From positions 1 to 35,928 of the IMG/VR virus record IMGVR_UViG_3300032373_001143: 35,928 bases of DNA. One strand, written 5' to 3'. A program made the position numbers and the translations under genes. The notes beneath the pieces were generated by a model. That model saw only the letters and a list, made by a program, of their open reading frames with translations. It was not told the origin of the DNA and did no database searches. This document shows, one piece after another, positions 8,755 through 16,634 of this stretch (within the stretch, counting starts at the first letter, position 1; every line of letters starts with the position of its first letter). Source of the DNA: a virus (taxonomy: Duplodnaviria > Caudoviricetes).

Positions 8755-9731
8755 CAGATCGTCTCCGGGGTGGCCTTGCCGTTGGTCAGTTCGAGAGTCA
8801 TGACGCCGGTGCCAATCTGCGCGTAGCCCTTCACGGTCGAGGAGCAGCGCAGCACGCCGGGGGCGGTGGCCGTGCGGGTGACCTCGCCCAGCTGCCCTCG
8901 CGGGATGGCGAGTGCGTAGGCGTTGGTCCCGTCGGTGAAGGTGGCTGCGACGGCGGCGAAGCTGCCGTTCAGGTGGCCGCTGTACTCGCTGTTGCCGGAC
9001 CACTCCCATTCCAGCTCCAGGGTGACCTCGTACATGCCTCCCGGCACCGGCTGCTGGGTGGTGATGTCGCCCAGGGCGTTGACGCGGACGAAGCCCTTCT
9101 CGATGTTGGCCTTCACCCGCTGCAGGTTGTCGACCTTCACCCCTCCGATGGTGACGCCGGCGACCGTCAGGTGCTGGTGCTCGACCTGCGACGGCGCATC
9201 CTCCAGGGTGGCTGCAAGGGGGGGCGTGGGGCCTCCTCCTGTCTTGCCCATCCACCGGATCTCAAGCTCGGCCATCTGCTCGTAGGCGACCTCGATGGAG
9301 AAACCCGTGACGACACAGCCGGTGAAGGTCTCCGCCCGCTGAGCCAGCGAGCCCGACCCATAGGCCTGGTGGACCGTGAGCCCCTCGGTGCCGCTCGGAA
9401 GGCCGTCGGAGAGGCTGAACTCGTGAGCGAAGGGGCCCGCCCCCGACGTCGACACCGCGCCGAAGCAGTGCTTCAGCAGCAGCATGGTGGGGTCGTCGTA
9501 GCCGAGGAGGTGTGTAGTGGTGCCCTCGACGGTCTCGACCTTGTCGTAGCTGTCGTGGGCCACAGGGGCCTCGCCCGGGTAGCCGAGGATGCCCACAGCC
9601 TCGCGCTCGATCTTGCGGGCGATGGCCAGGCTCTTCGCCGTGACGAAGTGGGTGGGGGCGACAGGGGTGTCGTACGCGACCTGCTCGGCCAGGCCGAGGT
9701 AGCCGCCATGTCCGCGGATGGGGTTTGCCAT
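8754..9731 (-). CDS. Major tail tube protein
   Basis: YLGLAEQVAYDTPVAPT N-terminus and TFTGCVVTGFSIEV core typical of siphophage tube proteins; SD GGAGG; position. Confidence 0.85.
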   Translation of the reverse strand: MANPIRGHGGYLGLAEQVAYDTPVAPTHFVTAKSLAIARKIEREAVGILGYPGEAPVAHDSYDKVETVEGTTTHLLGYDDPTMLLLKHCFGAVSTSGAGPFAHEFSLSDGLPSGTEGLTVHQAYGSGSLAQRAETFTGCVVTGFSIEVAYEQMAELEIRWMGKTGGGPTPPLAATLEDAPSQVEHQHLTVAGVTIGGVKVDNLQRVKANIEKGFVRVNALGDITTQQPVPGGMYEVTLELEWEWSGNSEYSGHLNGSFAAVAATFTDGTNAYALAIPRGQLGEVTRTATAPGVLRCSSTVKGYAQIGTGVMTLELTNGKATPETI

Positions 9732-9734
9732 GGG

Positions 9735-10553
9735 TCAGGCCTCCAGAAGGTCTTGCACGCGGAAACCCACGCGCGGTGCGATGGTCCGCCACGCCCCGGC
9801 GGCTGCCGGGTGGGCGGTTTCAAACTGGCATTCGATGCTGTAGACGGCGCCGTCGGTGCCGCCGTAGATGGGCACCCGCAGCACGGCGCGGTCGTGGGCG
9901 TCGCCCCGGCGGCGGTAGGTGCCCCAACGCAGGCCGAGGGCCGTCGTCATGGCCGAGACCACTGGGGTACCGGCGCTGTCGAGGACGCGCACCGTGGTCC
10001 GGCCTGGCTCCTCCATGAAGGGCTTGCCCTGCCACAGCCGGGCCGCCCGTTCGAAGAGGCTCTGCACGTCGAGCCAGACGTACATGAAGTCCGCCGTCGC
10101 CTTGGAGAACGCGGCCTGCGGGACCGTCCTGCGCTCCTCAGGGGGCCGCACGCCCACGAGGTAGGTCGAGGGGGCGGACAGCTCGATGTAGCCATCCCCA
10201 TCGCTGGCGGTGGCGGTCCCGCTCCCGTCCGTGATGGTCGCGTCAGGATGGGCCTTGTAGTAGAGCCAGAACAGCAGCAGCCGGTCAGCGACGCCGCCGG
10301 TCGTGACGCCCTCGAGGACGAAGGTGCCGGTGCGGGCCGTCTTGTCGAAAGTGCCGCGCCAGTCGTACACCACCTCGGTGACCCCGTCGGCGGCGGTGGC
10401 ACGGACCTCGACGCCGCCCGCGTCGATGGCGTTCCAGAAGTCGTCCAAGCCCTCGGGGATGACGGCGTCGTAGGTCTCGGTCGCGGCCGGCGTGCCGGTG
10501 GTCACGACGGAGATCATGATGCGCTTGAGGAGGTCGGTGGTCAGGTGAGCCAT
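9735..10553 (-). CDS. DUF2341-like domain fused to fibre-tail adaptor-like domain
   Basis: DFWNAI..GVEVRATAADGVTEVVYDW...LFWLYY resembles DUF2341; C-terminal FSK...VWLDV...IYGGTDGAVYSIECQFET..RT resembles small phage fibre-adaptor proteins. Confidence 0.5.
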   Translation of the reverse strand: MAHLTTDLLKRIMISVVTTGTPAATETYDAVIPEGLDDFWNAIDAGGVEVRATAADGVTEVVYDWRGTFDKTARTGTFVLEGVTTGGVADRLLLFWLYYKAHPDATITDGSGTATASDGDGYIELSAPSTYLVGVRPPEERRTVPQAAFSKATADFMYVWLDVQSLFERAARLWQGKPFMEEPGRTTVRVLDSAGTPVVSAMTTALGLRWGTYRRRGDAHDRAVLRVPIYGGTDGAVYSIECQFETAHPAAAGAWRTIAPRVGFRVQDLLEA

Positions 10554-11039
10554 TCAGGGCACCTCGTCGCGGCCATGGACCTCGTAGGCCAGGGTCATGG
10601 TGAAGAAGCCCCACGGGCCTTGCGCGCCCAGCTCGTGGATGTCGAGGACGTTGGTCTCGGCGATGCGGAAGTGGTGCGAGACCTGGTAGAGATCGGAGGG
10701 TGTGGCCTCGTCGAGGAAGACCCCCTGGGCCGCGGCCTGCACGGAGGCGGCCAGCTCGACGGCGGCGGCCATGCGCTCAGGTGGGGCGTCCTTCGTAGAG
10801 CGGGCCCAGCCCTTCACGTCGATGGTGTACTCCCGGGCCCAGCCCGTGAGCGTCCCCTGCCCCGGCAGATCGACCCAGCCCCGAGGGGCGAGGCACACGA
10901 AGTCCCGCTGGATCGGCGGGGCCGCGTACATGCCCTTCTTCACCTGGTCGATGCCCGACAGGTCGGGCCCGCCGCTGCCCGTGTGGTCGACACGGACGGC
11001 GGCCACGAGCTCGTCGACGTGGGTGAGCATCTCGCGCAT
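10554..11039 (-). CDS. Tail terminator / tail completion protein, 161 aa
   Basis: ATG at 11039 (TGATG); EYTIDVKGW and FFTMTLAYEV strands; neck-module position. Confidence 0.6.
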   Translation of the reverse strand: MREMLTHVDELVAAVRVDHTGSGGPDLSGIDQVKKGMYAAPPIQRDFVCLAPRGWVDLPGQGTLTGWAREYTIDVKGWARSTKDAPPERMAAAVELAASVQAAAQGVFLDEATPSDLYQVSHHFRIAETNVLDIHELGAQGPWGFFTMTLAYEVHGRDEVP

Positions 11040-11554
11040 CAGGTCACCCGCTTGTGGATGCGCTGGAGCAGGGCGCCGGGCACCTGCTGGGCGGTGCGCT
11101 CGTGGGCCTTCTGGGCCCAGCGGGTGGCGGGCACGTTCACCTCGGACATGAGGCGGAACCACAGCCGGATGTTGCCGGCGGTCTTGGTTGCCAGGAAGCG
11201 CTTGCCGCTCTTGGCCCGCAGGAGGAAGAGGCCGGACACACTTCGGGGGTGCACCTTCACGTCGCCGATGGGGACGGGCATGTCCCGCCGCCCGGCACGG
11301 ATGCGCCCACCCTCGTCCTGGATGCGGGCGCCGGGGTGGTCGCTGTAGAGCTTCGCTTCGATGTGGCCCCCACGGACATTCACGGGGCCGCTGATGGAGC
11401 GGGCGAGGCGTCCAGTGCGGCGGCGCACGCCGTGCCGCGCGCGCCGCACCATGGAGGCCGCCTGAGCCTTCATCTCGGCCTCCACGTCGGCCTCGACGCG
11501 GCCGAGCTCGGCCGCAAGTGCTGGAGCCCAGGCTTCGAGGCGGTCAGGCAGCAC
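11039..11554 (-). CDS. HK97 gp10-like neck protein
   Basis: RRRTGRLARSI and ARIQDEGG..., VNVPATRW motifs of the gp10 family; basic. Confidence 0.75.
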   Translation of the reverse strand: MLPDRLEAWAPALAAELGRVEADVEAEMKAQAASMVRRARHGVRRRTGRLARSISGPVNVRGGHIEAKLYSDHPGARIQDEGGRIRAGRRDMPVPIGDVKVHPRSVSGLFLLRAKSGKRFLATKTAGNIRLWFRLMSEVNVPATRWAQKAHERTAQQVPGALLQRIHKRVT

Positions 11555-12161
11555 GGTGCCCCCAGACGACGAGGCCGGCGGTGGCTGCCATGGACTTCAC
11601 CTGCTTCGGAACGGCAGCCGCTTCGCGCTTGGTGACCGACTGTCCGTCGGCGGAGAAGCTACCGACGGTGTTGTTGGGCCGGCTGTGCCACATGTGGCGG
11701 GCCTGCCATGCGATGACCGCGACGACCTCGTCAGGGTAGGCCGCCCACCCTCCGGAGAAGGTCACGCGGGTCTGCGCGCCCTCGGGCCATGCGGAGAGCT
11801 TCCCGCCTGGCTTGAGGCGCAAGCTGTGGGCTCGCTGGTCGAGGATGTAGTCCGTGCCTTCGACGAGCGTGTAGGCAGGGCTGGAGAAGTCCCAGCCGGA
11901 GTCCACGACGACCTCGGACACCGAAGCCACCCAGGCGACTGGGAGGTAGAGCTTCCCTGGGTCCAGCGCGCTCGGTCCGTCGATCTGGACCGTGTAGGCA
12001 GCCGCCGCAAGGGTCAGCGTCCCAGCATCCGTCCGGGCCCACCCGCAGCCACCAGCGATCAGCGACTCGGCCTGGGCGAGGAACGTCGTCAAGTTGACGT
12101 CCTCGCCAGCGCCTTCGAGGCCGGGCATGTGCTGTTTGTACTGGTCGAGCGTGATGGCCAC
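11544..12161 (-). CDS. Head-tail adaptor (gp6-like)
   Basis: ITLDQYKQHM...LAQAESLI N-terminus, RVTFSGGW..YP.EV..VI motif. Confidence 0.75.
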   Translation of the reverse strand: MAITLDQYKQHMPGLEGAGEDVNLTTFLAQAESLIAGGCGWARTDAGTLTLAAAAYTVQIDGPSALDPGKLYLPVAWVASVSEVVVDSGWDFSSPAYTLVEGTDYILDQRAHSLRLKPGGKLSAWPEGAQTRVTFSGGWAAYPDEVVAVIAWQARHMWHSRPNNTVGSFSADGQSVTKREAAAVPKQVKSMAATAGLVVWGHRAA

Positions 12162-12170
12162 GGGGAGGGC

Positions 12171-12455
12171 TCACTTCTGGACGGTGAAGACGTCCGGGAA
12201 GGTGGAGAGGAGGTGGGAGGCGATCTCGTCGGAGACCTCGGTCGGGGTGCCCGACGGGATGACGCCGCCGCCGGCGTGGCGGTACGGGTCGTGGGTCCAG
12301 CCAGGGGCGAGGACGACCACCGTGGGGCCCGTGGTGGGCTCCTCGGCGGCCTTCGCCTCCTCGGCGGCCTTCGCCTCCTCGGCGGCCTTCGCCTCCTCGG
12401 CGGCCTTCGCCTCCTCGGCGGCCTTCGCCTTCTGGGCTGCGGTTAGGCGGCCCAT
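12171..12455 (-). CDS. Small post-capsid protein with (KAAEEA)5 repeat, 94 aa
   Basis: ATG at 12455 overlapping capsid stop; C-terminal PTEVSDEIASHLL motif common in proteins following capsid genes. Confidence 0.7.
   Translation of the reverse strand: MGRLTAAQKAKAAEEAKAAEEAKAAEEAKAAEEAKAAEEPTTGPTVVVLAPGWTHDPYRHAGGGVIPSGTPTEVSDEIASHLLSTFPDVFTVQK
12339..12428. repeat. Five perfect 18-bp tandem repeats CTCCTCGGCGGCCTTCGC
   Basis: Direct reading of sequence; in-frame, encodes AKAAEE units. Confidence 0.95.
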
Positions 12456-14026
12456 CAGGCGAACGTCGAGCTGAGGCCGAACCCAAAGGCGGCGCTCGGC
12501 TTGCTGCTGTTGGACCGGCGAATCTTGGAACGCCGGCGACTCACGAGCGTGACCGTGTTCCGCCGGATGTCCACCTCCGACTCGACGCGCACGCCACCCT
12601 CGGCCCACCGCTGGTAGCGGCCGAGGTCGGCGGCGATCAGGCCGGTCTTGGTCGTGGTGACGCCGTCGTACACGCCCGCGGCGTTCAGGTCCGCAGTCAG
12701 GGCGAAGGCGAGGCACACCGGGAAGCGGCCGAACAGGTACCCGACCTGGTTGGGCAACCCAAGGGCCGGCCCAGGGCCACCGATGGTGCCGGTGAGCAGC
12801 GCGGCGAGAGCCCCAACGTCGTTGTACGACTGGAACTCCGCCCACTTGTACATCTGCGTGAAGAAGAACTCTGGCGAGACGAGGATCACGATGCGGTTCG
12901 CGCCATCGAGGGCCATGAGGGACTCGATGCCGAGGTCGTTGACGACCTCCATCGCGCCGTCGTAGCTCTGCTTCAAGGCGAGGTCGGTGGTCTTGCCGTC
13001 GGCGAAGGCGTGCGCCCGCATGCCCTGCGATGCGTACAGCTGGTTCTCGGCGTCGTCGGCCGTCACGGCCATGCGGCCCCGGACGTCCCAGCCCGCGATG
13101 GTGTCGATGGCTGCCCCGCTGACGTTGCCGTTGACGAAGGCGTTGTCGCTTCCGAAGCCGTTCGCTCGCGCCATCTCGAGGCGGAGCAGCGGAATCATGG
13201 CGACCACGCTCTGCTCGGTTGCCGCGCGGTGGACCTGGGAGGCGCAGGCCATCTCGACGCACTTGATGGTGTCGTCGGACGTCCCGAGGCTGCTGTTGCG
13301 GGCCTGGGCGGGGTCGTCACCGGCCGGGATCTTGTCGATGAAGACCTGAAGGTCGCCCTCAACGAACGGGATGTCGAGAGTGCCGCCGGGGTGGCTCATC
13401 TGCGTGATGACGTTGGACAGCGTGTGCTGTGCCTTCAGGTCACGCTCGTAGTCGGCATCGACCGTATACGGCATCATGTCGGCGCCGAAGCTGGCCAGGT
13501 CCGCGAAGATCTTGCGGATCTGCGCCGGCATCTTCGAGAGAGCCCGCTTCACCCGCTGCTCGGCGACGGGGGTGTGGACGGGGCGTTCGGGGCGGCCCTT
13601 GTGCTTCAGCTGCCGCATCACATCGCGGGTGATCTGCAGGTCGGCCATGGCGCGCTGAAGCTCGGCCTGACCCTCACCACGGGCGTCGACGTCGTCGAGC
13701 AGCCCAGGGACCCAGTACGTCTGGTCGTCGCGGGTGACCTCGTGTCCCCGCAGGCGGATGGTGCCGTTCGAGGACTCGGCGTAGCAGTCCTCGCCCCACA
13801 CTTTCTCGGCGTCGTCGACCTCCATGTAGAAGGCGCACTCGTGAGAGGCGCCCACCTGCGAGTCCATGCCGGCCCGGTTGAGGGCGGTCTGGGCCTGGCC
13901 GATGGTCTTCACCTGCTCCAAGATCTCGGCGATCTGGCCGGCGTTCGCCGTCCCGACTGCCTTCATGGCGTCCAGGTTCTTGACGAGCTTGTCGTGCTCT
14001 ACCTTGAGCTCTGCTTCCGTGGGCAT
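12455..14026 (-). CDS. Major capsid protein, HK97 fold with N-terminal delta domain
   Basis: 523 aa after protease; coiled N-terminus; LRLEMARANGFGSDNAFVNGN and GYLFGRFPV motifs; SD GGAGGG. Confidence 0.9.
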   Translation of the reverse strand: MPTEAELKVEHDKLVKNLDAMKAVGTANAGQIAEILEQVKTIGQAQTALNRAGMDSQVGASHECAFYMEVDDAEKVWGEDCYAESSNGTIRLRGHEVTRDDQTYWVPGLLDDVDARGEGQAELQRAMADLQITRDVMRQLKHKGRPERPVHTPVAEQRVKRALSKMPAQIRKIFADLASFGADMMPYTVDADYERDLKAQHTLSNVITQMSHPGGTLDIPFVEGDLQVFIDKIPAGDDPAQARNSSLGTSDDTIKCVEMACASQVHRAATEQSVVAMIPLLRLEMARANGFGSDNAFVNGNVSGAAIDTIAGWDVRGRMAVTADDAENQLYASQGMRAHAFADGKTTDLALKQSYDGAMEVVNDLGIESLMALDGANRIVILVSPEFFFTQMYKWAEFQSYNDVGALAALLTGTIGGPGPALGLPNQVGYLFGRFPVCLAFALTADLNAAGVYDGVTTTKTGLIAADLGRYQRWAEGGVRVESEVDIRRNTVTLVSRRRSKIRRSNSSKPSAAFGFGLSSTFA

Positions 14027-14043
14027 GCTGCCCTCCTGTCTGG

Positions 14044-14985
14044 TCAGCCCGCGGAGGGGCGCGTGAAGTGGGGAGTGAAGACCGACGCGAGGGGGGAGCC
14101 CTCCAGCCAGTCAGGGATGGAGCGCTCTTCCGGCTCGGGCTCGGGCTCGGGCTCGGGGCCCCGGCGGGTCATCGCCACGGCGGTCTGGATGGCCTTGCGA
14201 GCGTCCTCGTCGCGAACCATGCGGGACAGCACGTCGGGCCAGAGCAGCTCGCCGAGGTCGCCAGCCAGCGCCGCGCGCTGCTCGGGGTCGAGCCCGCGGA
14301 CCATGGCAACGAGGTCGTCGCCGATGCTGTTGCGCACCGTCTGGGCTGTGACCTTGGCGCGGGCCTCGACGTCGTCGACGTCCAGCCCGGCGAGCTCCTC
14401 GAGGAAGCTCCGCTGCTGGGCGGCACCCACGTTCATCGGGATGGTCGCGGAGCTGAACTCCAGCAGCTCGTTGCGCTCGAGGTAGCGGCCAACGACCTTG
14501 TATTTGCCCCACTGGCTGTCAACCTCGCGGCCCTCGCTGAAGTGCGCGTGGTCCTGGGGGAGCTTGTTCCGCATGGTCATCTTGCCGATGCGGAAGCCGA
14601 CCGACCCACACGACCTGAAGCCGTTCAGGTGCTGGTCACCGATGGCCGCGATGGCCTTGTCCACGCTGCCGATGTCCCACCGCACCAAGATGGTGAGGTT
14701 GCCGGCGTGGTCGCCCGACTTCGCGACGGTGGCCTTCTCGCCACGACCGACCACCCGTCGGCTGTTGTGGTTGTCGAGGATGACCGGGTTCGCCCGATAG
14801 TTCCGTAGGCGCCAGTCTTGCCGAACGACGTCGAGCGCCCGGTCTTCGTCGGGGGTGCTGGCCACGAAGAACGTGGTGCCCGCATCCTTGTCGGAGGGCC
14901 CCGCGCGAAGGATGGTGGACAGGAGCCCCTTGCGCCCATCGACGGGCACTGCGAGGTCGTAGGCAGAGAGCGGCTTGATTGTCAC
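14044..14985 (-). CDS. HK97-family prohead protease
   Basis: GTG at 14985; FVASTPDEDR..DVV, NPVILDNHN, GSVGF, ELLEFSSATIPMN motifs. Confidence 0.9.
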   Translation of the reverse strand: MTIKPLSAYDLAVPVDGRKGLLSTILRAGPSDKDAGTTFFVASTPDEDRALDVVRQDWRLRNYRANPVILDNHNSRRVVGRGEKATVAKSGDHAGNLTILVRWDIGSVDKAIAAIGDQHLNGFRSCGSVGFRIGKMTMRNKLPQDHAHFSEGREVDSQWGKYKVVGRYLERNELLEFSSATIPMNVGAAQQRSFLEELAGLDVDDVEARAKVTAQTVRNSIGDDLVAMVRGLDPEQRAALAGDLGELLWPDVLSRMVRDEDARKAIQTAVAMTRRGPEPEPEPEPEERSIPDWLEGSPLASVFTPHFTRPSAG

Positions 14986-16586
14986 GCGGCCTCCTTGAGG
15001 CCGCGAACCAGGTCGGCGGCCATGCGTCGGGCGCGGGCTGGGTGCCAGTGCTCGCGCTCGGTGAGCTCGCTGACCGTCTCCCCGGCCTCCACGAGCAGCT
15101 CGACCACCGACGCGGCGGTCTCTGCATGGGCCTCGGCGACCACACGGGCCACCACGGGGGGGACGCCTGCCTCGTCGAGGTCCCGGAACACCCGCTCGGC
15201 CTCGCAGCGCCGCAGGACGCGGAGGGAGACGCCGGGCTCTACAGCGTCGGCCATCAGCTCCCACCAGGCGGCGGAGGCCGTCAGGGACCGCGTGAGGGCA
15301 GCGCAGAGCACGGCCTGGTCGGGGACGTCCCCCACCTCCGTCTCGATCTCCACGCCGCGCCGACCATCCTGGGGCTCGTCGGGCCGGCGACTGTCGGTGG
15401 TGGGCGCAGAGGCGTCGACACGGGCGTCGGGCAACGGGGCGTCGTGCAGTCCTTCGTAGGCAGCAGCAGCGGCCGGCGTCGCCCCGATGGTGGTCATCAG
15501 GATGACCCGCTTCAGGCGGTCGGTGCGGGCGACCTGGAGGGCCTCGCTCTCACTGAAGTCATGGATGATCTCGACGCCTGGACGACACAGGCGGGACCAG
15601 GCGTCGTTCCACAGCTTGGACCGACGAATGAGGCTCTCCGTGTACGTACGGGCCTGCTGGCGGCTGGCGCCGTAGTTGGCCGAGACGAGGCCGGCCCGAG
15701 AGGGAGGCACCTCGTAGATCATCAGCACGGCCTCTTGGGTCATAGCCGCACGCTTGATGAACTCGAGGTCCCGGGCCGTGTAGTTGACCGGGGTGACCTG
15801 CATGTCTTCGCCGACCACGTGGGCGCTGCGCTTCTTCTTCCGGCCCTCTTCGTAGGAGGCGGCAATCTCCTCGGCGACCTCGGGGCCAAGACCGCCAGCC
15901 TTCACGGAGATGATGACGTCCGGTCGTCCCTTCGTGGCCTGGTTCCGAGCGAGCTCCCGGGTGCGGTAGTCAGTGAGCAGGTCTTCGTGGAGGGTCCGAA
16001 TCAGGCTGTGGCCGAAGATGGCCTCATCGCCTGCCCGCACGGAGACGTCCCGGATGTGGATGATCTCGTTGGCCGGGACCTCCCGCGTGCCCGTCGGGCT
16101 GTTCTTGTCGCGGACGAGGTAGTGGCTGACGCCGACAATGCCCGGCACAGGCTCGATCTCGTCGGGGTGGATGCGCCACAGGGCGTCGCCCGGGTCCCAG
16201 ACGTACGCGTTGCCGGCGAGCAGCTGATCGGTGACGAGCTGCTTGCGGAAGAGGTAGCCGCCCATGGTCGGGTTCGGCTTTCGGAGCCTCTCGACGGCGG
16301 GGTCTTCGACCTGGGTGCGCGCTTTGGACCCAGCGACCTGGGTGATGGTACGGGCCTGGAGGGGAACCCCAGCGATGTCGCTCGCCACCGCCTGCACCGC
16401 TGTGGCGACCGACGGGAACAGCTCGTAGGCCGACATGCCGTTGTTGGGGTCGTAGGGCGGCCGGACAGGCGAGTCCGTCAGGGAGTAGGCGGACCCACCA
16501 GCCAGCAACGCCAGCGGCGCGAACACGCGTTGCGCGAAGCGCTGCATGCTGCGGACGAGGGTGCGGAACCAGAAGCGACGAGCCAT
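14982..16586 (-). CDS. Portal protein (HK97-like) with C-terminal extension
   Basis: VATAVQAVASDIAGVPL, RLRKPNP, LLAGNAYV, EIIHIR, DLEF, YEVPP motifs. Confidence 0.92.
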   Translation of the reverse strand: MARRFWFRTLVRSMQRFAQRVFAPLALLAGGSAYSLTDSPVRPPYDPNNGMSAYELFPSVATAVQAVASDIAGVPLQARTITQVAGSKARTQVEDPAVERLRKPNPTMGGYLFRKQLVTDQLLAGNAYVWDPGDALWRIHPDEIEPVPGIVGVSHYLVRDKNSPTGTREVPANEIIHIRDVSVRAGDEAIFGHSLIRTLHEDLLTDYRTRELARNQATKGRPDVIISVKAGGLGPEVAEEIAASYEEGRKKKRSAHVVGEDMQVTPVNYTARDLEFIKRAAMTQEAVLMIYEVPPSRAGLVSANYGASRQQARTYTESLIRRSKLWNDAWSRLCRPGVEIIHDFSESEALQVARTDRLKRVILMTTIGATPAAAAAYEGLHDAPLPDARVDASAPTTDSRRPDEPQDGRRGVEIETEVGDVPDQAVLCAALTRSLTASAAWWELMADAVEPGVSLRVLRRCEAERVFRDLDEAGVPPVVARVVAEAHAETAASVVELLVEAGETVSELTEREHWHPARARRMAADLVRGLKEAA

Positions 16587-16591
16587 GCAGT

Positions 16592-16628
16592 ATGGCTACC
16601 AGCACCATCCGGTCATTCCTGACCGGTC
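16592..16628 (-). promoter_or_regulatory. Putative late promoter element, copy 1 (leaderless portal mRNA)
   Basis: 34/37 identical to 3346-3382; TAGCCA lies 6 nt before the portal ATG, which has no SD. Confidence 0.75.
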
Positions 16629-16634
16629 GTCCAA

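Noticed and set aside
8973-11348. Long plus-strand ORFs antisense to structural genes (791, 635, 547, 505, 491 aa and others)
   Set aside because: Expected shadow ORFs in high-GC coding DNA; no SD, no motifs, opposite clear phage genes
14133-14160. GGCTCG hexamer repeats
   Set aside because: Ordinary Pro-Glu linker at the protease C-terminus
3346-16628. 37-bp repeat pair as DGR TR/VR or att sites
   Set aside because: No reverse transcriptase, mismatches not adenine-specific, both copies intergenic and promoter-positioned; recombination would delete essential genes
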